From contig CBDUXP010000001.1 of assembly GCA_965371225.1 (NCBI GenBank), forward strand, positions 71,883-135,882: DNA of 64,000 nt. Reading direction: 5' to 3'. Positions 55,466 through 64,000 of the stretch are shown here, piece after piece. Made by a program: the position numbers and the translations under genes. Each line of letters starts with the position of its first letter. The stretch's first letter is position 1. The stretch comes from an uncultured bacterium. GTDB lineage: Bacteria; Abyssobacteria; SURF-5; CBDUXP01. Under the pieces are notes generated by a model. The model was not told the origin of the DNA. It saw only the letters and a program-made list of their open reading frames with translations, and ran no database searches.

Positions 55466-58102
55466 ATGATGGTCACCATCGTCGCGTGTGCGACGGCCCT
55501 GGTGTGCCTGGGCATCATCGCGCGCACCGCCTCGCCCCCCCAAGTAGATACCTCCGACCCGCGCGTGGGCCGCCGGGCCCTGAGCCTCGGGGGATTCTGC
55601 GTGATGGGCTTCTACCTCATCCGCCTCGGCCGCGTCTTCATCACGGACCCTCCCCTGGTGATTCTCGCCTCTCGCGTGGAATCGCTCTTCATCGCGGTAT
55701 TCCTGGGCTTGATGTGCTTTGGGTTCCACGTGCAGGCCCGCGCGCCCATGACGAGGAACTGGCGCGAATGGCGCACGCATACCTGGCAGGAGCCGCGCGG
55801 AGACCTGTATGGCATCCTCGCCTTTCTCCTCGCGGCAGCCCTGCTACTGGTGTTCAGCCCCGCGGACGCAGGCGAAGGCCGGATGCCCGTGCTTTACGCG
55901 CCGGGCGTCCAGGTGGCCATCGGCGCCATCGTTCTTCCCCTGATCGGCTGGATGGGGCTCATGGCGCTGGCCACGGGGCGGCAGGCCAAGCTCAGTCCCC
56001 GCGGGCGCATGCAGCTCCGAGGGGTCATCCTGGTCACCGTCATTTGGCTCACGAACCGGTGCATATTCGAACTGTTCCTCGCCCCCCTCTGGCGCGGGTG
56101 GATGCCGGTGGGGCTGCTCGTCGATATGGTCCTGCTCATGGGGCTCACGGTGGTCTTGGCGGCGCGCCGCGGCACCCTGCAGATCGTGGATGCCATCGAC
56201 AAGTTCGGCGCGGCCTACCTTTCACACAACATGGCCGAGGGGATGGTGGCGGTGGACACCGAGGGGATCGTGCGGGCCGTGAACCTCCCGGCGGAGCGCA
56301 GCATCGGCCGGCCCGCCCGTGATTTGGTGGGCCGCTCCGCCGCCGACGTGTTGGACTCGAACCAGTGGGTGCTCGGCAATCCCGAGCAGTGGCACGGGGC
56401 CCCCGTCGAGGATGAGGTCGTGCTGCAGTTCGCCGGGCCCGACGGCCAGCCCGTCTACACGGCCTCGCGCACCGCCATCCTGGCGGACACCATGGGCCTC
56501 GACGTGGGCCGCGTGGAAATCCGGCAAGACATCACGGCCTACCGCCAGGCCCAGGAACGGCTCTGGCAGTACTCCCACGAACTCGAGGAGCGCATTGCCG
56601 AGCGGTCCCGGGCACTCGCCGAATCGGAGGCGCGCTACCGGGGGCTCGTGGATCATTTGGCGGACAGCCTGCTGATCGTGCAAGACCAGACCGTGCGGTT
56701 CGCGAATCCCGCCGCGGAGGCCCTCTGGCGGGGCACCGGAGTGCCCTTGGTGGGCATGAACGTGGACGCCCTGTGGGATACGGGAGTCACGTCCAGCTGG
56801 TTGGAATTGCGCGCCCACCTGGCCGAGCACCCCCAGGTGGCGTGGCGAGGTGAGATGGAATGGCGCGGCGGGCCGGACGCGGCGCGCGGTTTCCTGGTGA
56901 CCGCCAGCATCGCGCGCTGGGAAGAAGAACCCGCCGTGCTGCTCGTGGGTACGGATAACACCGAGCGCCGCGAACTCCAAGCGTCGTTTGACCGGGTGCG
57001 CCGGCTCCAAGCGCTGGGGACGCTCACGGGTGGGATCGCCCACGATTTCAACAACTATCTCACGAGCATCATGGGCCGGTTAGCCATGCTGCAAGAGCTG
57101 ACCGAGGAAGCGGGGCCGGCGCACTTGCAGGTCACCGGCGCCTTGGAAGCAGCGGAGAAGGGGCGCGCGCTGATCAGCCGGCTGATGCGCTTCTCTCGGA
57201 CGAACGACGACGGCCGCCAGCCCACGGACCTGACCCAACTGCTGCGCGAAACCGAACCCCTCTTAGTCAGCCTCCTTCGGGAGGACATCCGCCTCGAGTG
57301 GCAGCTCCCGACCGCTCCGCTGTGGGCCGAGGTCGATCCAGCGGCGATTCAGGAAATCCTGCTCAACCTGGCCAAGAACGCGGAGGACGCCATGGAGGAC
57401 GCGTCGGGCGTGCTCGTGATCCGGGCCCGCGCACCGGAGGGCCTGAACCCGCCCATGGCGCAAATTCTCGTGACCGATACGGGGTCCGGCATCACCCAGG
57501 AGGTGTGCGAGCGGCTGTTCGAGCCCTTCTTCACCACGAAGCCCGAGGGGCAGGGGCACGGCCTGGGCCTGGCGCTGGCGCACCAAATCATGCAGGAGCA
57601 TGAGGGCGTCATCGACGTGCAATCCATGCCGGACCGTGGCGCCACGTTTACGCTCACGCTCCCGCAGTGTGCCCCCCCCGAATCTCCCCCCGCCCCCCGC
57701 GCGGGAACGGCCATGATCGAAGGCGCGGGCGAGTTGGTCTTGGTGGTCGACGACGACGCCGGCGTGCGCCAGACGGCTTGCGACATGCTCGGCCGGCTCG
57801 GCTACGAGATCACCACCGCCGAACACGGCCGCGCGGCGCTGGACGTGGTGGCCCAAGAGGACGGCATCGCGGCGGTGCTCATGGATCTGGTCATGCCGGA
57901 AATGAACGGCGTGGACTGCGCGCTGGAACTCAAAGAGCGCGGCTTCCGGGCACCGATCATCTTCATGACCGGTTACGACCCCGATCCCCAGCGCCTACGG
58001 CAACTGGGGCCGAATGTGGTGGCCATCCGCAAGCCGTTCCGCCTGAAAGAACTCAGCGCCATCCTGCGCGACGAGATCGCCGGCGCCCAGGCCCACGCCT
58101 GA
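55466..58102 (+). CDS. Hybrid sensor histidine kinase: multi-TM N-terminal domain, two PAS domains, HisKA/HATPase core, C-terminal receiver
   Basis: H-box GIAHDFNNYLTSIMG. N/G-boxes LNLAKNAEDAM ... VTDTGSGI ... GLGLALA. Receiver LVLVVDDDAGVRQ ... VLMDLVMPEMNG ... IIFMTGY. Confidence 0.8.
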   Translation: MMVTIVACATALVCLGIIARTASPPQVDTSDPRVGRRALSLGGFCVMGFYLIRLGRVFITDPPLVILASRVESLFIAVFLGLMCFGFHVQARAPMTRNWREWRTHTWQEPRGDLYGILAFLLAAALLLVFSPADAGEGRMPVLYAPGVQVAIGAIVLPLIGWMGLMALATGRQAKLSPRGRMQLRGVILVTVIWLTNRCIFELFLAPLWRGWMPVGLLVDMVLLMGLTVVLAARRGTLQIVDAIDKFGAAYLSHNMAEGMVAVDTEGIVRAVNLPAERSIGRPARDLVGRSAADVLDSNQWVLGNPEQWHGAPVEDEVVLQFAGPDGQPVYTASRTAILADTMGLDVGRVEIRQDITAYRQAQERLWQYSHELEERIAERSRALAESEARYRGLVDHLADSLLIVQDQTVRFANPAAEALWRGTGVPLVGMNVDALWDTGVTSSWLELRAHLAEHPQVAWRGEMEWRGGPDAARGFLVTASIARWEEEPAVLLVGTDNTERRELQASFDRVRRLQALGTLTGGIAHDFNNYLTSIMGRLAMLQELTEEAGPAHLQVTGALEAAEKGRALISRLMRFSRTNDDGRQPTDLTQLLRETEPLLVSLLREDIRLEWQLPTAPLWAEVDPAAIQEILLNLAKNAEDAMEDASGVLVIRARAPEGLNPPMAQILVTDTGSGITQEVCERLFEPFFTTKPEGQGHGLGLALAHQIMQEHEGVIDVQSMPDRGATFTLTLPQCAPPESPPAPRAGTAMIEGAGELVLVVDDDAGVRQTACDMLGRLGYEITTAEHGRAALDVVAQEDGIAAVLMDLVMPEMNGVDCALELKERGFRAPIIFMTGYDPDPQRLRQLGPNVVAIRKPFRLKELSAILRDEIAGAQAHA

Positions 58103-58223
58103 TCGCAGCAGAGCGCGGGCGCCCCGCTGCGGGGACTCCCACCAGCGACCGCGGGGGGCGAGCGACTATACTAGGGCGCCATTGCCGTGACACCAGGCGA
58201 TGGGACTATCGGGAGGGGGAGAG

Positions 58224-59823
58224 CGTGTTGCGCATTCGAGTGAGTGGTCTGGCCGCGGGGGGACTCGCAGTGCTGATCCTAGCTGGCGTGCCCACCGCCG
58301 CGGCGGCGCAGGACCGGGTCACCGTCGCGGTCCTCGACTTTCACGAGCAGGCCGGGGTGGAGCCCGGTACCGGAGCGCTCCTCGCCGACTTGGTCCGCGG
58401 GGAGTTGTACCTGAGCAAGCACGTGGCCTTGGTGGACCGCGCCAACATCGACCGCATAATCTCAGAGCAACGCCTGGCGCTCGGCGGCCTGACGGAGTCC
58501 GCGGAACTGACGGCGCAGGTCGGGAAGCTGCTCGGGGTCCCCTTCGTCTGGACCGGCAGCGTCGGCCGGCTGGGCCGCACCTTCCTTATCACCCTGCGCA
58601 CGATCAACGTCAGCACGGCGGAAGTAGAACGCTTCACGCAGATCAAGGGCCGCTCGCTGGATGAACTAGCTGGCGCGTTGCCGCGCGCCACGCGCGAGTT
58701 GCTGGCGGGCGACCCGTACCGGACGCAGCGCCTCGTCCAAGAGGGGCAGGCGCTCATCGCGAGCGGGCGGTACGCCGAAGCGGTCCGGGCCTTTGAAGAG
58801 GCGGTGGCCCTCAGCCCGGAGGACCCGGACGCGCGGCGCCACCTGGACCGCGCGCGGGCGCTCGTGCGCAGCCCGCAACAACCGCCGCCGCGGGCCCGCG
58901 CTCCCGAACCGTTCAGCCCCCCACCCGTGTACGTCTCCCCCGGCTCCATCGAGGGGTTGGGGCTCGGCGCGGAACCGGCGCGCCCCTGGTGGGATCCACC
59001 GACCTCGCAGCAGCACTATGCGGCCGCGGCGGGACTGTCCGTCGCCATTACCAGCGGCCTGGGCCAACGGTTCACGCTAATCCCGCCGGGCACGTTTCTC
59101 ATGGGCAGTGCGCGGACGGAACGCGCGCGCGAAGATGATGAGGAGCCCCGGCATCCCATCGAACTGCCCTATGCGTTCTACATGGCGGCGACCGAGGTGA
59201 CGAACGCCGTCTACGACGCGTTCCTGGAGGACGCGGGATACGAAGGGAACGCCCACGCCGACCCCGACTATCTGCGGCACCACCGGGACTGGCGGCAAAC
59301 CGCGTCCCCCGGCGAACGGTATCCCGTGGTGGGCGTCTCGTGGTACAACGCGGTCCAGTTCTGCCGGTGGCTGACGGAAACGGAGCGTAGCGCCGGCCGC
59401 CTGGGCCCATACGAGGAGTACCGCTTGCCGACCGAGGCGGAGTGGGAGTACGCCTGCCGCGCGGGGAGCAATGCAGCGTGGTCCTACGGGATCGAGTCGC
59501 GCAACCTGGGGCGTTACGCCGCTTTCAAGGGCAATTCCCGGGGCACGCGCACCACGGGTCGCCGCCGCCCGAATGCCTGGGGCCTGTTCGATCTGCACGG
59601 GAACGTGCAGGAGTGGTGTCAAAGCTTGAAGCGCCCGTATCCCTACCGGGCGGATGACGGACGCGAGAACCTGAGCGAAGCGAGCAAGCGGACGGTGCGC
59701 GGCGGCGGGTGGAAGGACGCCGGCCGCTACACGCGCTCGGCGCATCGCTTGGGCGATTTCCCGCGCCGAGCGTCCATTGACCGCGGCTTCCGCTTCATCC
59801 GCGTAGTCGCCCTCGCGCCCTGA
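58224..59823 (+). CDS. Secreted two-domain protein: N-terminal CsgG/LpoB-like domain, TPR-like linker, C-terminal formylglycine-generating-enzyme (FGE-sulfatase/SUMF1) domain
   Basis: GTG start at 58224 preceded by RBS GGGAGGGGGAG. Signal peptide [30 protein letters not shown]-domain: [11 protein letters not shown] ... [22 protein letters not shown]-domain: [17 protein letters not shown] ... [14 protein letters not shown] ... VRGGGW. The ORF-track 718-aa ORF over-extends upstream into the histidine kinase frame. Confidence 0.6.
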
Positions 59824-59861
59824 CCGGCCGGGCCCTGCCCGCGGCCCTGCAACCGCGCACG

Positions 59862-60512
59862 ATGGGATATGCTCGGGCGCGCCCGGCCGCCCTGGAATTC
59901 GAGGAGCATCGCGTGCCACGGATCGTCTGTCTGGATTTGGAAGGAGTGCTCGTCCCGGAGGTGTGGATCGCCTTCGCGGAAAAGACGGGGATCGATGCCC
60001 TCCGACGCACCACCCGCGACGAACCGGATTACGACCGGCTCATGGCGGGCCGCCTCCACATTCTAGATGAACAGGGCTTCACGCTCGCCGACATCCAGGA
60101 GGTGATCGCCACCCTGAGGCCGCTGGACGGGGCGCGCGACTTTCTGGATCGCCTCCGCGCGCAGGAGCAGGTGCTCATCCTCAGCGACACTTTCTATCAG
60201 TTCGCGGAACCCCTCATGCAGCAGTTGGGGCGGCCGACGCTCTTCTGCCACGAGTTGCTTGTGGATGCCGCGAACCGCGTGACGGGATATCGCCTGCGCA
60301 TTCCTGACGGGAAGCGCCAAGCCGTGTCGCACCTGAAGGCACTGGGGTTCGCGGTACACGCGGCCGGCGACAGCTACAACGATACGACCATGCTCTGCGA
60401 AGCGGACCGGGGCGTGTTGTTCCGCTGCCCGGACACTGTTGCGGCGGAATTCCCGCAGTTTCCCCGCACCGCAACGTACGACGAACTCTGGCACGCGCTT
60501 TTGAACGACTGA
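59862..60512 (+). CDS. thrH: ThrH-family HAD phosphatase (phosphoserine phosphatase / homoserine phosphotransferase)
   Basis: Near-colinear match to my recollection of P. aeruginosa ThrH: [68 protein letters not shown] ... [18 protein letters not shown] ... [11 protein letters not shown]. True start is probably the GTG at 59913 (VPRIVCLD). Confidence 0.65.
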   Translation: MGYARARPAALEFEEHRVPRIVCLDLEGVLVPEVWIAFAEKTGIDALRRTTRDEPDYDRLMAGRLHILDEQGFTLADIQEVIATLRPLDGARDFLDRLRAQEQVLILSDTFYQFAEPLMQQLGRPTLFCHELLVDAANRVTGYRLRIPDGKRQAVSHLKALGFAVHAAGDSYNDTTMLCEADRGVLFRCPDTVAAEFPQFPRTATYDELWHALLND

Positions 60513-60539
60513 CGGGCGGTGCGGCGCGCGGCGGGAACG

Positions 60540-62233
60540 TTAGAGCGACAGCGACTGCGCGCGCAGGAACTCGCCGAGGGTTTTCGCCTGGGGGTCGGGC
60601 TGGAGGCTTGAGCCCACGCCGTCGCCCAGGAATCCCTCCAGCACGAAGTTGCGGCCGAGCAGGTTCGCGAAATCGTACGTGGCGATCCGGTCGATGGGGT
60701 GTCCCGTCGCCTCCGCGACGAAGGCCGCGTCGATTGCGTGCAGGACGGCGAGGTCCGCCTCGGACCGCACCCACACGCCCAGGTTGGCGTCGCCCCCCTT
60801 GTCCCCGGAGCGCGTCCCGATTACGTCGGCCAGCACCACGGGACCGGACCGCGGCGGGGCTACCGGTAACGCCGCCGGCGCGGCTAACTCCGTCGCGTCG
60901 TGTGCGGGGTGCGGCACCTGGATGGTGCGGTCGTCCGCCGCGAATTTCACGGTGGCGCTGACCGCGTCCCTGGCCACGTACGCGCTGCGGCACCGGAGCA
61001 CCGGCGACCCGCCGCGTGGCGACCCGAGGAGCGTCATGCCCGGCACCGAGCGCAGCGCCAACTGGACGATGGCGTTGGCGAATCCCCGGCCCACTTTCCG
61101 TTCGTCGGTGGAGCGGACGCCGAAGTAGACATCCACCAGGTTCGCCGCCTTGGAGTCTGCCACCGGCCCGCCGCCGATGCGGTATTCGGTCCAGTCGTCG
61201 AATTGGTCGGTTCCGCCGACCGCGGCCCACACCTGCTTGGACAGAAGCGCGATCTTCTCGTCGACGTTCGGCCCGCACGTGCGCACGCCGACCACGTGCC
61301 GGTGCCCGGCGGGCTCCGTGCAGCAGACTTTCAGGGTCGCCGGGGGCGCGCCGCCGCGCACGCCGCTGATGCGCACGCGGTCCCCTCCGAGGTCCTGCAG
61401 TTGCACCGTGTCGAGACGGGCGATCACGTCGGGGTTCAGGTATTCGTGCCCCCCAATCTCGTAGAACAGCTGCGCCTTGATCGTGTCGACGGTCACGACG
61501 CCCCCCGTCCCGGCCGGTTTCGCGATCGCGCAGGACCCGTCCGCCTCAAACTCCGCGATGGGGAACCCGATGTTCTCGAACGTGGAGATCTCCTGGAAGA
61601 ACGCGTAGTTCCCGCCGGTGGCCTGCCCACCGCACTCGATGATGTGGCCGGCGACCAACGCACCGGCGAGGCGGTCGTAGTCCGTTGGGGACCAACTGTA
61701 GTGCCACGCCGCGGCAGCCATAACGGGGGACGCGTCCGTGCACCGGCCGGTCACCACCACGTCGGCGCCTGCCTTCAACGCTTCCACCATGGGCCAGCAC
61801 CCGAAGTACGCGTTCGCCGTGGTCACCGCCTGTCCGTCGAGTTCGTGCTCGCACCGCACCTGGCCGGCGCTCAGCATGTCGGCAAACCGCGGGCGCAAGT
61901 CATCCCCCTCCACCCACGCAATCGTCGCCGCCACGTCTTGCTCGGCCGCGATGCGCGCCACCTCGCGCGCGCATCGTTCCGGCTGCAAACCGCCCGCGTT
62001 GACCAGGATCTTGACGCCCTGCTCCATGGCTGTGCGCAACGCTCCCGCCTCGAGCTGTTGCACGAAGTTGCGGGCGTAGCCGTAGCCCCGCGGCTCGGTG
62101 AACGAGAGGATCCCCATGGTCAGTTCGGCAAGGTAATCCCCCGTGAGAACGTCCACCTGCCCAAGCGATAACTGCTGCTCCATGGCGGGAAACCAATCCG
62201 GATAGAACCCGGAAACATTCGCGACGCGATACA
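60540..62233 (-). CDS. AtuA-family (DUF1446) acyclic-terpene-utilisation protein
   Basis: MYRVANVSGFYPD ... LTGDYLAELTM ... GRCTDASPVMAAAAWHYSW ... HIIECGGQATGGNY matches AtuA-family features. Start trimmed to MYRVANV. Confidence 0.65.
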
Positions 62234-62253
62234 TGGATGTCTCCTCCCCGGCG

Positions 62254-64000
62254 TTACTCGACGGTTTCGTCTCCCGGACGGTACTCGCGCTCCAGGTGCG
62301 CGCGGATCTCGTCTTCATCCATCCACACGGGCTTCAACTGCCGCTTGACGAACAGCGGCGCTTGGTCAGCGTAGTGGGGCGACGTTTCGTCGAGGGTCGC
62401 GCTGCCGAACTGGTGAATGCTTTGGGACTTGACGCCGTCCTCACCCCATTCCACGAGGAACACCAAGGTGTCCCCGGCCTGCGCCGTCAACCGGCCGTCA
62501 TCGGGCTCGCCCCCGTAGACGGCGTGCAGGATGTCCGGCCCGCCGCCAATGCCCAGGTCCACGTCGCCCCGCCGCAGCCGGTTTACTTCCTGCCACGGCA
62601 CGTCGATCCGCCCAAAGGTGTCTTTCAGCATGTGCGCGCGTTCGGTCAGGATCGTCACGGGATCGGGCGGGTCCGTGCCCTGAATCCGCGCGACCACTAG
62701 CGGCTGGACCGTCAACACACCGATGGCCGCGGCGGTGTTCTCGGGGTTCGTGCGCAGGTCCCAGCCCCGCAGTACCTCCAACGCCTCCTGCACCACGGGG
62801 TCGTCCCCCGGCGCCATGGCCACGAGTTCGCGCACGACCGCGGCCGGCTCGGACGCCGGCGAGTACTGCATGTCGAATTTGTACCGGTAAAACTCCTCGG
62901 CGGTGATCGACTCGTCCCCGCCGAACAATTCCAGGGCCCGCAGGCTGCGATTCGTCATGGTCGTCTCGATGCCGAAGGTGGGCGAGTAATCTTCTTCCCG
63001 GGGATTCTCCGGGCCGACCGTAGCGCGAAACGGGCTGTTGTTGCTGTTGCTCACGAAACCGGAGGCGGGATTCTTCACTTGCGGCAACCGGTCGAACGGC
63101 AGGGACTCGGTCCACACGGTCGCGGACGTGTCGCCCGGCAGGTACTGCGTCCAATCGTACCCTTCGGCGCGCAGGGGCAGGAGGCCGTTGTACAGGTAAT
63201 AGATGTTGCCCTCCCGGTCGGCGTACACCGCATTGGACATGGGCACGGCCAGCAGGCGCGAGGCCTCGAGCCACTCATCGAACGTGTGCGCCTTGTTCAT
63301 CCGGTACCACTGCTCCACCTGCCGGACCTCGCCCATCCCCGCGTACCGGATCGCGTAGGTGCCGTGCGGCCGCCGCACGACCGGCCCGTGGTGCGGCGAC
63401 CAGAGCACTTCCCGCTTCACGGTCCACGAGAACGGCCCCCAGAGCTTGACCCGAATTCGCGCGGTGCGGACCTCCAGATCGTGCCACGCGCCGTCGAAGC
63501 GGTACCGGTACTCGTTCGCGGGATCCACGTCCAGCACGTACACATCGATCAAGTCCGGACTATTCGCGGTGTTCGCCCACCCGAGGTCGCGGTTGTGACC
63601 GTGCAAGATGACCGGGCTCCCGGGGAACACGCCTCCAGCCATGTCCCACCCGTCTTCACTATGCAGGTGGACTTCATACCAGGACACCGGCCCCGTGTAC
63701 GGTTGGTGCGAGTTGATAGCGAGGCGCGTCTTCCCGTCGGCGGAGCGGCTGGGCGCGACGGCGATGGCGTTCGATCCGGTCGGCAGCTTGGGCGCGTCGA
63801 TCAAGCGGAAGGCTTCGTCGGTGGAACGGACGGCCAAGTGCCGCTGGCGCTCCGGCGCGAACAACTCTTGCAAGGCGCCGTCCAAGCCGAAAAACAGCGG
63901 TACCTTGTGCACGAATCCGGCCACGATATCCTTGCCGCGAACCGGCAACAGCCCGGGCACGACCTCGTCGGGATGCATCGCGGCATAGTGATTGAACCCG
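62254..64000 (-). CDS. Penicillin-acylase/Ntn-hydrolase S45 family protein (penicillin amidase or AHL-acylase-like). Partial: the N-terminus lies beyond the right window edge.
   Basis: TGSNAIAVAPSRSADGKTRL is the beta-subunit N-terminal nucleophile Ser with the SNA[WI]AV motif. Long downstream beta-subunit region. Fewer than 80 aa precede the nucleophile, so the alpha subunit must lie outside the window. Confidence 0.65.
   Translation of the reverse strand, partial: GFNHYAAMHPDEVVPGLLPVRGKDIVAGFVHKVPLFFGLDGALQELFAPERQRHLAVRSTDEAFRLIDAPKLPTGSNAIAVAPSRSADGKTRLAINSHQPYTGPVSWYEVHLHSEDGWDMAGGVFPGSPVILHGHNRDLGWANTANSPDLIDVYVLDVDPANEYRYRFDGAWHDLEVRTARIRVKLWGPFSWTVKREVLWSPHHGPVVRRPHGTYAIRYAGMGEVRQVEQWYRMNKAHTFDEWLEASRLLAVPMSNAVYADREGNIYYLYNGLLPLRAEGYDWTQYLPGDTSATVWTESLPFDRLPQVKNPASGFVSNSNNSPFRATVGPENPREEDYSPTFGIETTMTNRSLRALELFGGDESITAEEFYRYKFDMQYSPASEPAAVVRELVAMAPGDDPVVQEALEVLRGWDLRTNPENTAAAIGVLTVQPLVVARIQGTDPPDPVTILTERAHMLKDTFGRIDVPWQEVNRLRRGDVDLGIGGGPDILHAVYGGEPDDGRLTAQAGDTLVFLVEWGEDGVKSQSIHQFGSATLDETSPHYADQAPLFVKRQLKPVWMDEDEIRAHLEREYRPGDETVE

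Noticed and set aside
57667-58223. Upstream extension of the 718-aa ORF into the histidine kinase gene
   Set aside because: The extension overlaps the histidine kinase receiver domain in another frame. A GTG with a strong RBS at 58224, followed immediately by a signal peptide, is the sensible start of the CsgG/FGE gene.

Overview
High-GC (~70%) bacterial chromosomal segment containing about 50 coding genes and one tRNA. No rRNA, CRISPR array, transposase or integrase was recognised.

Main content, in order:
- A partial MmeI-family single-polypeptide type IIL restriction-modification enzyme at the left edge, whose 3' end sits in conspicuously lower-GC DNA.
- A lipoprotein carrying a 3x42-nt tandem repeat, a dockerin/EF-hand-like Ca-binding repeat protein, a DUF3050 protein, a GNAT acetyltransferase and an O-methyltransferase.
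- A second-messenger cluster: class III adenylate cyclase, a LEA14-like lipoprotein, a receiver-GGDEF protein with a degenerate GGDDF motif, an HDOD protein.
- A MATE efflux gene preceded by a long leader with an intrinsic terminator.
- An acyl-CoA synthetase, an M3 peptidase, an LpxH-like phosphoesterase.
- A nitrogen-metabolism block: glnE, pfkA and a 1616-aa NAD-glutamate dehydrogenase.
- An argD-argF-argG-argH operon.
- Three tandem Hanks-type Ser/Thr kinases followed by a secreted coiled-coil protein.
- A glycosylation cluster: GT2 Ppm1-like, GT87/DUF2029, GT39-like.
- tRNA-Pro(CGG), followed by a Cys-rich methyltransferase-like hypothetical and a VOC protein.
- A Cache-domain Ser/Thr kinase, dnaJ, a hybrid PAS histidine kinase, a CsgG-like/FGE-sulfatase fusion, ThrH, AtuA, and a partial penicillin-acylase-family gene at the right edge.

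Most notable observation: three apparent selenoprotein genes in which an in-frame TGA sits exactly at the catalytic cysteine position, each followed by a hairpin with a GAGUU-containing apical loop that looks like a bacterial SECIS element.
- A Bcp/PrxQ-type peroxiredoxin carries the TGA at the peroxidatic Cys.
- Two tandem paralogous UxxC redoxins carry it at the first Cys of the CxxC motif.
- The second redoxin has a C-terminal domain closely resembling the ribosomal bL12 (L7/L12) C-terminal domain. As far as I know, this domain is otherwise found only in the ribosomal protein.

All calls were made by eye from the sequence and the ORF track. No database searches or structure calculations were run.
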